Shown: positions 1 through 9,372 of the stretch, piece by piece
How the letters are laid out: each line of letters starts with the position of its first letter
How positions within the stretch are numbered: the stretch's first letter is position 1
Assembly: GCA_963705765.1 (NCBI GenBank)
Contig: CAVPKU010000054.1
Location: 31,659-95,658, forward strand
Source of the DNA: an uncultured Acidobacteriaceae bacterium
Lineage (GTDB): Bacteria; Acidobacteriota; Terriglobia; Terriglobales; Acidobacteriaceae
DNA length: 64,000 bases
Direction of reading: 5' to 3'
Translations under genes and position numbers: made by a program
The notes under the pieces: model-generated
Told to the model about the DNA's origin: nothing
The model's database searches: none
What the model saw: only the letters and a program-made list of their open reading frames with translations

Positions 1-387
1 AAACTCAGCGCCAAACCGAGACGCCTGCGCATCCTCGGCGACGGCAACCAGAGCAAGCCCTATATCCACGTGACCGATGTTGTGGAGGCCGCTCTCTGCG
101 CCGCCAAAAGCGCCTCCGCGCCTTTCTCCGTATTCAACGTCGCCACCGACGACGCGGTAACCGTTACCGAAATCGCCGAAATCGCCGTTGAAATGCTCGG
201 ATTCGGGGACAAGCCCACCTTCGACTACACCGGTGGACCCCGCGGGTGGCGTGGCGACGTTCCCGTCGTCCGGCTGGACTCTACACGCATCCGCTCGCTG
301 GGCTGGTTCCCAAAACGGAACAGCCGCGAGGCGATGCGCCAATCTCTGCAGGAGCTTATTTCCGATGCACGCATCCTTCACGACTAA
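1..387 (+). CDS. NAD-dependent epimerase/dehydratase family protein, C-terminal part (5' end outside window)
   Basis: Frame 1 is open from base 1 (KLSAKPRRLRILGDGNQSKPYIHVTDVVEAAL...) to TAA 385-387. The ILGDGxQxxxYIHVxD block is typical of SDR-type sugar-nucleotide epimerases. It is the first gene of a sugar-nucleotide/EPS row. Confidence 0.7.
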   Translation, partial: KLSAKPRRLRILGDGNQSKPYIHVTDVVEAALCAAKSASAPFSVFNVATDDAVTVTEIAEIAVEMLGFGDKPTFDYTGGPRGWRGDVPVVRLDSTRIRSLGWFPKRNSREAMRQSLQELISDARILHD

Positions 388-415
388 CTTGAATCCCGTT
401 CCCTCGATCCTGTGC

Positions 416-1270
416 ATGTCCGGATCCGGCGCATGGCCATTTTTTGGCAGCAAGCCGGGCGATCACGACGTTTCGAAGGACTTTCTGCAGCGGGAATCCC
501 TGTGGCCTCCACGCCTCGCCTTGCTGGCCGGCGGTCTGGCATCGCGCTTGCGCCCTCTCACCTCGTTCATGCCCAAGTCGCTGGTCCCGATCGCAGGTGA
601 ACCTTTCCTCGCGCACCAGCTGCGGCTCATCCGCGACGGCGGTATCCGCGAAGTAGTGCTCTGCTGCGGCTTCCTCGGCGAACAGATCGAGGATTTCGCA
701 GGCGATGGCAGCCGCTTCGGCCTCTCCATCACTTACAGTCATGACGGCCCCCAGCCCCTGGGTACCGGTGGCGCACTCTTCAAAGCCCTCCCCCTGCTCG
801 GCCAGCGGTTCCTCGTGATGTACGGGGACAGCTGGCTGACGGAGCCCATCGAGCCGGTCTGGCGGACCTTCCTCGATTCCGGAAAGCCGGCGTTGATGAC
901 GGTCTTTCGCAATCAGAATCGCTGGGGCGCCAGCAATGTCGAGTTCCGCAAAGGCCTCGTCGTTCGCTACGACAAGGGTCATCCCTCGCCGTCCATGCAC
1001 CACATCGACTACGGACTGGATGCCCTCGATGCCGGCGCGCTCGCTCATTGGACCGTCCCGGTGTTCGACCTTGCCGATGTCTGGTCCGGGCTGGCCCACT
1101 ACTCGCTCCTCGCCGGACATGAAACCCTGGAGCGCTTCTACGAGATTGGTTCCCTCGCCGGCATGCGCGAAACGGAAACCGTGGTCGCTACTTCCCCACG
1201 CGCGCGCCGCGGTCTCTCTTACGCAAGAGCCAACACTCCTCCCCCGCAGAGAGACACGCAGGTGGTGTGA
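416..1270 (+). CDS. sugar-1-phosphate nucleotidylyltransferase (heptose-1-phosphate guanylyltransferase HddC-like)
   Basis: ORF-track frame 188..1270 was trimmed to ATG 416 because the upstream part overlaps the epimerase gene. LALLAGGLASRLRPLTSFMPKSLVPIAG fits the GxGxRLxPLTxxxPK nucleotidyltransferase signature. The stop overlaps the next start (GTGA 1267-1270). Confidence 0.75.
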   Translation: MSGSGAWPFFGSKPGDHDVSKDFLQRESLWPPRLALLAGGLASRLRPLTSFMPKSLVPIAGEPFLAHQLRLIRDGGIREVVLCCGFLGEQIEDFAGDGSRFGLSITYSHDGPQPLGTGGALFKALPLLGQRFLVMYGDSWLTEPIEPVWRTFLDSGKPALMTVFRNQNRWGASNVEFRKGLVVRYDKGHPSPSMHHIDYGLDALDAGALAHWTVPVFDLADVWSGLAHYSLLAGHETLERFYEIGSLAGMRETETVVATSPRARRGLSYARANTPPPQRDTQVV

Positions 1271-2262
1271 CGTTGATCATCACCCGGACACCCCTGCGTA
1301 TCTCCATCGGCGGCGGCGGAACCGATCTGCCGTCGTATTACCAGGAGAATGGCGGTGGTTTTGTGATCTCGGCGGCCATCAATAAGTACGTCTACATCAC
1401 CGTCAATCGCAGTTTTTTGCCGGGCTATTTTCTCAAGTACTCTGAAACCGAGCACGCCGACACCTGCGACCAGATCCGCCATCCGCTGATGCGCGAGGCC
1501 ATCCGCCTGCATCATGCTCCGTCGCCGCTGGAAGTTGTCAGCGTCGCCGACGTCCCGGCAGGCACCGGACTGGGTTCCTCCGGCACGTTCCTGGTTGGGC
1601 TGCTGCACGCCCTTTACGCGTGGCAGCGCGAGCCTGTTACGGCTGAAACCCTGGCCCGCGAGGCCGTCGACATTGAAATGAACCGCCTCGGCGAGCCGGT
1701 CGGCAAACAGGATCAGTACATCGCGGCGTACGGCGGCCTCCTCTGCCAGGAATATCTTCCTGACGGCGAGGTCCGCGTCGCTCCGCTGCGCATGACCGAG
1801 GAATCTCTCCACGAGCTGCGCGACTCCCTGATGCTCTTCTTTCTCGGCGAGATCCGCAGCGCCTCATCGCTGCTCGGCGAACAGAAGCGGCTTTCGGAAG
1901 CGCACGACCCGGCCATGATCGACAGCCTGCACTTCGCGCGGATGCTCGGCCACGAGATTCGCAGCGCGCTTGAAAGCGCTCAGGTCGATGAGTTCGGCCG
2001 CCTGATGCACCAGCACTGGATGCGCAAGCGTAACCGATCCCGATCCATGTCCACGACGCGGATTGACTCGCTCTACGATCTGGCCCGCTCCGACGGCGGC
2101 GCGACCGGCGGCAAACTTGTCGGCGCCGGCGGCAGCGGCTTTCTGCTGCTCCACACCCACGATCGGCGCCGGCTTCGCGACACGATGCTTCGCGCCGGCG
2201 TGGCCGAGATGGATTTCAGCTTTGACTTCGACGGCTCGGTGGTGCTGCTCCGCAATGGATGA
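1267..2262 (+). CDS. GHMP-family sugar kinase (D-glycero-D-manno-heptose 7-phosphate kinase HddA-like)
   Basis: 331 aa. N-terminus ITRTPLRISIGGGGTDLPSYY and GHMP motif PAGTGLGSSG. GTG start overlaps the upstream stop. Confidence 0.75.
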   Translation: MTLIITRTPLRISIGGGGTDLPSYYQENGGGFVISAAINKYVYITVNRSFLPGYFLKYSETEHADTCDQIRHPLMREAIRLHHAPSPLEVVSVADVPAGTGLGSSGTFLVGLLHALYAWQREPVTAETLAREAVDIEMNRLGEPVGKQDQYIAAYGGLLCQEYLPDGEVRVAPLRMTEESLHELRDSLMLFFLGEIRSASSLLGEQKRLSEAHDPAMIDSLHFARMLGHEIRSALESAQVDEFGRLMHQHWMRKRNRSRSMSTTRIDSLYDLARSDGGATGGKLVGAGGSGFLLLHTHDRRRLRDTMLRAGVAEMDFSFDFDGSVVLLRNG

Positions 2263-2289
2263 TGAGCAGCCATCCCGGGGGCTTCAGCC

Positions 2290-4545
2290 ATGAACTCGCG
2301 CTCGCTGCCCCACCACGATTTCCTCTCTGACCCGCCCGTCGAGTGGACCCTCGTGGACCTCTTCTCCATCCTTTTCCGCAGGCGCGCGTGGCTCCTCACT
2401 TCGCTGGTTGTCAGTTGTAGTGCCGGTCTTCTCTACTGGCTATGGGCCACGCCGCGCTACCGCGCAACGGCTGTCATCGAAATTCAGAAGCAGTCGCACG
2501 GCGCCTTCGGTCTCGACAGCACCACCGCCGATCGCCCCGCAACCGAGATCAGCGACTCCTTCGATGACAACCTGACTCTACAAACGGAAGTCGGCATTCT
2601 CCAGTCCGATGCTGTAACGCTGGAGGTCATCCGACGCACCAGCCTCGAATCCTCTCCCGACTACTTCGCTCCCCGCAGCACGCCCTCGGTTCGCCTTCAC
2701 GGAATCTTTTTCGGGCGCAAACCGCTCGAAGCACTGTCCACGCCCCTTGCCGATGCGCCCAACCGCCGGTTTGCCGCGCTGAGGATTTTCGCCGCCCATC
2801 GCAGGATCGCCCCACAGGCCGGCACGCGGCTCATCGCCCTCAGTTACTCCGATCCCGACCCATCCCGCGCGGCCGCCGTCGTCAATGCGCTCATCCAGGC
2901 ACTCTCCGACTATGGCTACCAGTCGCGCGCTTCCGCCGCGACACAATCAGCGACCTGGCTCTCCGCGCAGCTCACCGGATTGAAACAGCAGACGGACGCC
3001 CTCGATGCTCGAGCGGCTAATCTCGATCGAGCCTCGGGCAACTACGGTGACGACGACGCCCACAACCCGGTCCTCGCTCGCCTGGATTCTCTGAATGCAG
3101 CTTTGTCCGCCGCCGAATCCAACCGCATCGTGCGCGAAGCGATCTGGCGCTCAGTCCAAAACGCCAGTCCCGAAACCATCTCCGGCCTTGCCGGCAATCC
3201 TGACGCTGGCCCGAATACGCAGAACGCCCTGGCCCTGCTCCAGTCTCTGCGCGCTCAGGAATCGGCGCTCAAAAGTCAGATTGCCGAATCCGCTAACCGG
3301 TATGGCGAGAACTGGCCTGCGTTCGCCGAGCAGCGCGCTCACCTCCAGAGCCTCGAGAATTCGATTCAGGAAGAGATCCGCCGGCTCGGCGACCGCGCCC
3401 ACACTGACTACGAAGTCTCACAGCAAGCAGAGAACGCCGCGCGTGATGCTTTCACGCAACAGAAGAACCTGGCCTCGCAACTGACCGGCAACACCGTAGC
3501 CTTGCGCCTTGCCCGCCAGGAGGCCGGCGAGAGCCGCACTCTCTATACCAGTCTCGTCGGCCGCCTGCAGGAGGCCGGCGTTCTCGAAGGTCTGCACTCC
3601 GGCAACTTCACTGTCGTCAGCCCGGCGCTCGCCGCTCCGTCCGACCACCCGAGCAGTCCGAATCTTCCTCTGCTGGCTGCGCTGGCACTCGGCATTGGAA
3701 CTGTCACTGGATGCGGAGCGGCCGTCGCGCGCGAGCTGACCGATACCACCATCCACACCTGTGGAGACCTCGAGGTCCTCCTCGACGCGCCGGTGTTTGC
3801 TGCAATCCCTGATTATCGGATCGACCCACCGTGGTACCACCGTCTGCCGCTTCTCACCCAGCACCGATCGCTCACCCTGCAGGCGAGCGCCGATTCCGGA
3901 TTCGATATTCCGGTCGAAGAGACGCCCTTCGTTGAAGGCTTGCACCGCCTACGCGCTTCCCTGCTCCTCTCCCACAGCGAGCGGCCGCCGCAGGTCATCA
4001 CCATCACGGCGCCCTTCCCCTGCACCGCGCCGGTCAAAGACGCATCTCCGTCTCTCGCGCTGGGCCTCGCCATGATCCTTGCGCAACACGGCTCGTCTGT
4101 TCTTTTTTTGGAAGCCGACCTGCGCTCCGCACCCGATACCAATCGTTCCACCGAACCCGGCCTGAGCGAAATGCTCGCCAGCGAGGACGTCCTGCCCATG
4201 ACGCACTGTGTTGCCGGACTGCCCTCCCTCTCCGTCGTACACGCTGGCGCTCATCCGCCTTGCCCGTCAGAACTCATCGCTTCCTCACGCATGACGGGCC
4301 TGCTCGACGCCTGGCGCGAAGAATTCCGCTACATCGTCGTTCATAGCCCCGCCGCTGTCTATGGCGACGCCCTCGTGCTCGCGCAGATGTCCGATGCGGT
4401 CCTTCTCTCCGCACGGGCCGGGCACACCACACGCGAACAGATTCTGCCGGCGTTTCAGACGCTCAGCCGCCAGGTTCCTCATCACGCCGTGCTGGGAGTG
4501 GTTCTGGAGAACGCTGACCATGAGGGCAGGTATACGCATGCATAA
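2290..4545 (+). CDS. polysaccharide co-polymerase (Wzz/GumC-type chain-length determinant) fused to a degenerate BY-kinase-like domain
   Basis: 751 aa. N-terminal TM plus Wzz-like region (LFSILFRRRAWLLTSLVV...ATAVIEIQK), a long coiled-coil, and a second TM (LPLLAALALGIGTVTG). The C-terminal domain aligns to Wzc/EpsB-type ATPases (VLFLEADLRS = Walker A'), but the Walker A position reads TAPFPCTAPVKDAS. Confidence 0.75.
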   Translation: MNSRSLPHHDFLSDPPVEWTLVDLFSILFRRRAWLLTSLVVSCSAGLLYWLWATPRYRATAVIEIQKQSHGAFGLDSTTADRPATEISDSFDDNLTLQTEVGILQSDAVTLEVIRRTSLESSPDYFAPRSTPSVRLHGIFFGRKPLEALSTPLADAPNRRFAALRIFAAHRRIAPQAGTRLIALSYSDPDPSRAAAVVNALIQALSDYGYQSRASAATQSATWLSAQLTGLKQQTDALDARAANLDRASGNYGDDDAHNPVLARLDSLNAALSAAESNRIVREAIWRSVQNASPETISGLAGNPDAGPNTQNALALLQSLRAQESALKSQIAESANRYGENWPAFAEQRAHLQSLENSIQEEIRRLGDRAHTDYEVSQQAENAARDAFTQQKNLASQLTGNTVALRLARQEAGESRTLYTSLVGRLQEAGVLEGLHSGNFTVVSPALAAPSDHPSSPNLPLLAALALGIGTVTGCGAAVARELTDTTIHTCGDLEVLLDAPVFAAIPDYRIDPPWYHRLPLLTQHRSLTLQASADSGFDIPVEETPFVEGLHRLRASLLLSHSERPPQVITITAPFPCTAPVKDASPSLALGLAMILAQHGSSVLFLEADLRSAPDTNRSTEPGLSEMLASEDVLPMTHCVAGLPSLSVVHAGAHPPCPSELIASSRMTGLLDAWREEFRYIVVHSPAAVYGDALVLAQMSDAVLLSARAGHTTREQILPAFQTLSRQVPHHAVLGVVLENADHEGRYTHA

Positions 4546-5530
4546 CCCTCTCTGCTGCCTGCTGATCTGCGGTGCAATTTTCGCATCCCCAATCCGCCTC
4601 CCAGGACAGGAACCCGTGTCTTCCGCCGATCCGATTCCGGCACGTGGACTGAGTTCCGAGGTCCCGACGTCTGCAGACACACCAGCACCGGCCATCGCGG
4701 AGCCCGCCCACTCCGAATCTCTTCTGATCGGACCGGGTGACCTGCTTCGCATCAGCGTTCTCCGCGAATCCGAGCTGGATCAGCGCGCCCGCGTACTCGA
4801 CTCCGGCGAAGTTCCCCTCTCTCTTATCGGAAAGGTCCGCGTCGAAGGTCTCACGCCCGCGCAGGCTGCCACGCGCATCGCCGAAAAATACCGCGACGGA
4901 AACTTACTCCTGCATCCCGAGGTTTCCGTCTTCGTCGAGGAGTTCGCTACCCAGGCGGTGACGGTTCTTGGCGAGGTGGCTCACCCCGGTACGGTGCGTC
5001 TCAATGCCCCGCGGACTCTGATCGATGTCCTTTCCCTCGCCGGCGGCCTGATGCCGGATGCCGACCGCCACATCGTCCTCGAGCGCGGCGGCAAAGACGG
5101 CGAGCGCATCCGCGCGTTTCTTCCCAACCGCGCCGATGACGCTCTCAACGCCGATATTCTCGTGCGCCCCGGCGATGTCGTGATCGTCCCCAGGGCCGGC
5201 ATCGTTTATGTCCTCGGCGACGTCGCTCACCCCGGCGGCTACGTCATGCAGAACGACTCGCAGCTGACCGTTCTCCAGGCGATCGCGCTCGCAGCGGGAA
5301 CCTCAAAGACCGCCAGCGAGCGACGCGTTCGGCTCGTGCGCAACGTCGACGGCATGAGCCAATCCATCGATCTGCCTTTGCGCGACATGGAACGCGGCCG
5401 CATCCCCGACGTTCCTCTCCACCCCAACGACATCCTCTACGTCCCCTTCAGCCTCGCCAAGAACATCTCTCTTGGCCTGGCCAACATTACGGCCGCCGCC
5501 AGTTCCGCGTTGATTTACGCGGCGAAATAA
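4520..5530 (+). CDS. polysaccharide export protein (Wza/OPX family; Poly_export + SLBB domains)
   Basis: ORF-track frame 4361..5530 was trimmed to ATG 4520 (signal-like MRAGIRMHNPLCCLLICGAIFA). LLIGPGDLLRISV...GKVRVEGLTPAQAA is a Poly_export-type motif. There are two SLBB-like repeats (VTVLGEVAHPG, VYVLGDVAHPG). Confidence 0.8.
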   Translation: MRAGIRMHNPLCCLLICGAIFASPIRLPGQEPVSSADPIPARGLSSEVPTSADTPAPAIAEPAHSESLLIGPGDLLRISVLRESELDQRARVLDSGEVPLSLIGKVRVEGLTPAQAATRIAEKYRDGNLLLHPEVSVFVEEFATQAVTVLGEVAHPGTVRLNAPRTLIDVLSLAGGLMPDADRHIVLERGGKDGERIRAFLPNRADDALNADILVRPGDVVIVPRAGIVYVLGDVAHPGGYVMQNDSQLTVLQAIALAAGTSKTASERRVRLVRNVDGMSQSIDLPLRDMERGRIPDVPLHPNDILYVPFSLAKNISLGLANITAAASSALIYAAK

Positions 5531-6949
5531 ATGCCCTCGTCCCGGCCCAACCCGTACCGCCGCCGGCCCTCACTGACGCTCGAAGACCTCGCCTGTGTTG
5601 CACTCTTCTGCTTCTTCGCGATCCAGGGAGCTATTCCCTTCATCGCTCCCGCCGAGTCGCTCGAAATGACTGGCTCAGCCCCCACAGGGTTTTCGACGAT
5701 CGGCGGCATCGCCTCGCAGACCGTTGCCAATACGGTCATCCTCGCGCTCATCCTCCGCCGCCCCCGTCTCCTAATACGCCAAATCGCCGCCATCCCCTGG
5801 CTGCTCTTGCCGGCCCTGCTCGCCGCGCTGGCCATCGTCTCTGCCGGCTGGTCCCTCGATCCCCTGCTCACCCTGCGGCGCTCTGTGCCTTTTGCGCTCG
5901 CCGGGCTCTTCGGTGTCTGGTTCGCCACGTGCTATTCCCCCGCCCGCCAGTTCGCCATTCTCCGCCTCACGATGATCGCGTTGGCCGTCGCCACCGTCGC
6001 ACTGGTTATCCTCGATCCCTCTCTCGGCCTCGATCACACCCCAGGCCATACCGCCGACTGGCAGGGTGTCTTCACGCAGAAGAATGCCTGCGGGCGCATT
6101 ATGGTCCTCGCCACAGCGGTCCTCCTCTTCGAGCCGGAAGTCGGCCGCTGGCGTTTGCGCCGTCTGGCTGCTCTGGTGCTCTTCCTCTTCGTGCTGATCA
6201 TGAGCGGATCGCGCGGCGCCTGGCTGATCGAAGCAGCAGTGGGCCTGCTCTGGGTGCTGTTCCGCCTTTCCCCGCATATTGGACAACGGTTGCGCCTCGT
6301 TGTTGGCGTCCTGGCACCCATCGGGGCGATTGCGGTCGGAATCGGCGTCGCTTTCGGATTTCACAACCTGGCCCTTGTTCTCGGCCGTGACCCCACGCTC
6401 ACCGGCCGCACCGCGATCTGGGCGCAGGTCGCACAGTTCATCCAGCAGCGACCTCTGTTCGGATACGGTTATGCCGCCTTTTGGCGTGGCATGCAGGGTC
6501 CGTCGTTCCAGGTCGCATCCTCCGTCCACTTCGTCGTTGCCCATGCCCACAATGGCTTCCTCGAAATCGCTCTGGAACTCGGCGCAGCTGGGTTGCTGCT
6601 CTTCATCCTCAGCTGGATGCGAGGCTGCTTCGCTCTCTGGCCTCTCTGGCGGCGCGGCTCCCTCACTCCCATCGCCTGGCCGCTCGTCCTCCTCGTCCTG
6701 ATTGCCGTCTACGATGTCGATGAAAACACCCTGTTCATCTACAACGGCCTTTTCTGGCCCCTTTATGTCTCCGCCCTCGTTATGATTGAGCGCACCCGTC
6801 AGCCTGCCCTGAGCAAGCTTCGAGCGGAGCGAGATGCGGGTCGAATGGGTGACCCCCATCACACCGCTACTCTCGCTCCCCATGAAATCCTGAATTCCGG
6901 TCCACTGAAAACCGCGCCGCCTGCGCAAGCCGTCCAGGACCTACCGTGA
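5531..6949 (+). CDS. O-antigen ligase/polymerase family membrane protein (Wzy-like)
   Basis: 472 aa, multi-TM. AHAHNGFLEIALELGAAGLLLF matches the Wzy_C/O-antigen-ligase signature region. The ATG directly follows the upstream TAA. Confidence 0.75.
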   Translation: MPSSRPNPYRRRPSLTLEDLACVALFCFFAIQGAIPFIAPAESLEMTGSAPTGFSTIGGIASQTVANTVILALILRRPRLLIRQIAAIPWLLLPALLAALAIVSAGWSLDPLLTLRRSVPFALAGLFGVWFATCYSPARQFAILRLTMIALAVATVALVILDPSLGLDHTPGHTADWQGVFTQKNACGRIMVLATAVLLFEPEVGRWRLRRLAALVLFLFVLIMSGSRGAWLIEAAVGLLWVLFRLSPHIGQRLRLVVGVLAPIGAIAVGIGVAFGFHNLALVLGRDPTLTGRTAIWAQVAQFIQQRPLFGYGYAAFWRGMQGPSFQVASSVHFVVAHAHNGFLEIALELGAAGLLLFILSWMRGCFALWPLWRRGSLTPIAWPLVLLVLIAVYDVDENTLFIYNGLFWPLYVSALVMIERTRQPALSKLRAERDAGRMGDPHHTATLAPHEILNSGPLKTAPPAQAVQDLP

Positions 6950-8082
6950 ATCCGACCGTTCTCATCTACCGCTCCGACCTTCTGCCTGCTTCGGAAACCT
7001 TCGTCGCCGCCCAGGCGCACGCCCTCAGGCGCTACACTCCATGTTTTGCCGGGCTCCATTCCATTCCCACCAGCCTCCTCATCGACCCCTGCGACACGAC
7101 GCTGCTCACTCCGGGAGACAGACTCGCGGACAAGCTGCAGCGGCGCTTTTTTCTGCAGACCGGGATTGCACCGCGGTTCGTCCGCGCACTCCAGCGCCGC
7201 CATCCCGTCCTGCTGCACGCGCACTTTGCCATTGACGCCGCAGCGGCTCTGCCTCTGCAGGAAAAACTTGGCATCCCGCTCGTCGTCACGCTGCACGGCT
7301 ACGACGCCACCATGTCCGACGAGACCCTCCGCCACTACGCTGCCGGCCGCACCTATGTGCGACGGAAGGACCAGTTGCGCTCTCGGGCTCGCTTTTTCAT
7401 CTGCGTCTCCGATCACATCCGCCGCCAGGCGCTGGAGCGCGGCGTGCCGGAAGAAAAGCTGCGCACCATCGCCATCGGTGTCGATCTGAACTTCTTCGTG
7501 CCCGATCCGCTGCGATCCCACGACCTCGACCCCATCGTTTTGTTTGTAGGGCGTCTCGTTGAAAAGAAGGGCTGCGTCCATCTGATCCATGCGATGGCGC
7601 GGGTTGAAGCGCGCCACCCCACGGCCAAACTCCTCATCGTCGGCGATGGCCCGCTTCTCGAACCGCTGCGCACGCAGGCTCGCGCGGAGCTTCGCCGCTG
7701 CACGTTTCTCGGATCACAGCCTCCCAGTGTTGTCCGCGATCTGATGTATCGAGCGACTGTCCTTGCCGCACCCAGCATCGTCGCCGCCAGTGGCGACAGT
7801 GAAGGTCTACCGATCAACCTCTGTGAAGCACAGGCAGTTGGTCTTCCCATTGCCGCCTTCGATGGGCCGGGCGTCTCAGAAGCGGTGGTGCCCGATGAGA
7901 CGGGATTGCTCGTTCCGCAGGGCAACGAATCAGCTCTCGCCGAGGCCATCTCGCGCATCCTCGACGACCCCTGCCTTGCCAAACGCCTGGCCATCGCTGG
8001 TCGTCGCAATGCAGAAGAACGCTTCAGCCTCGAGAAACAAACCGCCCACCTCGAAGACCTCTACACCGAAGCGCTGCAATAG
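6946..8082 (+). CDS. glycosyltransferase family 4 (GT-B fold)
   Basis: 378 aa. C-terminal [39 protein letters not shown] is the E-x7-E GT4 motif. GTG start overlaps the upstream TGA. Confidence 0.85.
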   Translation: MNPTVLIYRSDLLPASETFVAAQAHALRRYTPCFAGLHSIPTSLLIDPCDTTLLTPGDRLADKLQRRFFLQTGIAPRFVRALQRRHPVLLHAHFAIDAAAALPLQEKLGIPLVVTLHGYDATMSDETLRHYAAGRTYVRRKDQLRSRARFFICVSDHIRRQALERGVPEEKLRTIAIGVDLNFFVPDPLRSHDLDPIVLFVGRLVEKKGCVHLIHAMARVEARHPTAKLLIVGDGPLLEPLRTQARAELRRCTFLGSQPPSVVRDLMYRATVLAAPSIVAASGDSEGLPINLCEAQAVGLPIAAFDGPGVSEAVVPDETGLLVPQGNESALAEAISRILDDPCLAKRLAIAGRRNAEERFSLEKQTAHLEDLYTEALQ

Positions 8083-8091
8083 GTCCGCCTC

Positions 8092-9372
8092 ATGCCAGAA
8101 GAATCCCTCCGCCAAAGCTCCGTGTGGATGATCGGTGGTCAGGGCGTCTCGATGGCCGCGCAGGCGCTCTACTTCATCCTCATCGGGCGCGCTCTGGGGA
8201 GTCACGAATACGGCGCCTTTGTCGGCATCGCGGCGCTGATCGCCGTCCTTAGCCAGTTCAGCTCTCTCGGCATGGAGATGATCCTTGTTCGCAACATCAG
8301 TCGCGATCCCTCATCCTTCGCGCGCACCTGGGGACACGCTCTCGTCATCACTGCCGCGGGTTTCCTGCTGGTACTCACCGCCGCCGTGCTTTATGCGCAT
8401 TACGCCCTGCGTCCCGAACTGCGCCCGCTCGTCCCGTGGATTGCTCTCGCCGATGGCCTGCTCGGTAAGCTCATCCAGTTGGCTGCACGAGCCTTTCAGG
8501 GCGCTGGACGTCTCGCCTGGACAGCGCGTCTCACGGCACTCGGCAACATCGCTCGTGCCCTGACGGCTGGTCTGGTTCTGGCGTGGACGCGAGCGCACCA
8601 TCTCCACGCCACCGCCCTGCTCTGGACCCGCGTCTATTGGATCTCCACGTTGTGCGTGGCCTTTCTTGCCGTGGTGCTCATCAGCGTCCATCTCGGACTT
8701 CCACGCCTCGTCCGCATCCGCCGCGCCGACCTCAGTGAAGGACTCAGCTTTTCCTGCGCCGCCTCCTCGATCTCCGTCTACAACGACATCGACAAGACTC
8801 TACTCGTGAGTCTCGGCCAAACGTCCGCCGCGGGCACCTATTCCGCGGCCTATCGCGTCGTCGATGCGGTGAGCGCCCCCATCTATGCCATCTACGCCGC
8901 GGCGACTCCGCGCTTCTTCCGCGAAGGAGCCCGCGGCGTTCACAGCGCTCGGGTTTTCTCACGCGCTATCCTGCGCCGCACTCTGCCCTATTCCGTTGCG
9001 GCCGCGTTGCTCCTCGCGCTCGCCGCTCCCGTCCTGCCTGTGCTCTTCGGCTCGTCGTTCCAGGGATCCGTCGCCGCCCTGCGCTGGCTCTGCCTGTTGC
9101 CCATCCTGCGCTCGCTCCATTACGCCTGGGGATCGGCAATCACTGCCTCTGCCTCGCAGTGGAACCGCACCGCGACTCAATTTGGCGCAGCCGCGCTCAA
9201 TTTGTGCCTGAATTTGTTACTGATTCCGCGCTGGTCCTGGCGGGGAGCAGCCGCCGCCAGCCTGCTGACCGACGGCGCACTCGCGGTCGCCAGTTTCTTC
9301 GTGCTCTCGCGCCTCATCCGCCGCGAGGTCACCATCGCTCAGGGTGCTGCGCTTTTCGTCCCGGCGCCCTGA
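8092..9372 (+). CDS. oligosaccharide/polysaccharide flippase (Wzx-like, MOP superfamily)
   Basis: 426 aa and about 12 hydrophobic segments. The N-terminus (GGQGVSMAAQALYFILIGRALG) is typical of polysaccharide-biosynthesis flippases. It is the last gene of the EPS row. Confidence 0.7.
   Translation: MPEESLRQSSVWMIGGQGVSMAAQALYFILIGRALGSHEYGAFVGIAALIAVLSQFSSLGMEMILVRNISRDPSSFARTWGHALVITAAGFLLVLTAAVLYAHYALRPELRPLVPWIALADGLLGKLIQLAARAFQGAGRLAWTARLTALGNIARALTAGLVLAWTRAHHLHATALLWTRVYWISTLCVAFLAVVLISVHLGLPRLVRIRRADLSEGLSFSCAASSISVYNDIDKTLLVSLGQTSAAGTYSAAYRVVDAVSAPIYAIYAAATPRFFREGARGVHSARVFSRAILRRTLPYSVAAALLLALAAPVLPVLFGSSFQGSVAALRWLCLLPILRSLHYAWGSAITASASQWNRTATQFGAAALNLCLNLLLIPRWSWRGAAAASLLTDGALAVASFFVLSRLIRREVTIAQGAALFVPAP

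Noticed and set aside
188-415. N-terminal extensions suggested by the ORF track. They occur here and at 4361-4519, 24214-24417, 27126-27260, 28280-28297, 29374-29601, 30723-30917, 38556-38645, 44975-45112, 48082-48144, 49795-49815 and 62376-62501.
   Set aside because: The extensions overlap upstream genes or are Arg/Pro-rich. Internal starts have RBSs, signal peptides or ATGA/GTGA coupling, and they match the expected family N-termini.
5771-6928. 385-aa minus-strand ORF antisense to the Wzy-like gene. Similar long antisense ORFs occur at 356-1120, 10209-11489, 17424-18659, 19408-20718 and 22865-24427.
   Set aside because: The translations are Arg/Gly/Glu/Pro-rich low-complexity sequence with no motifs. 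Each lies entirely within a well-supported gene on the other strand, as expected for shadow ORFs in high-GC DNA.
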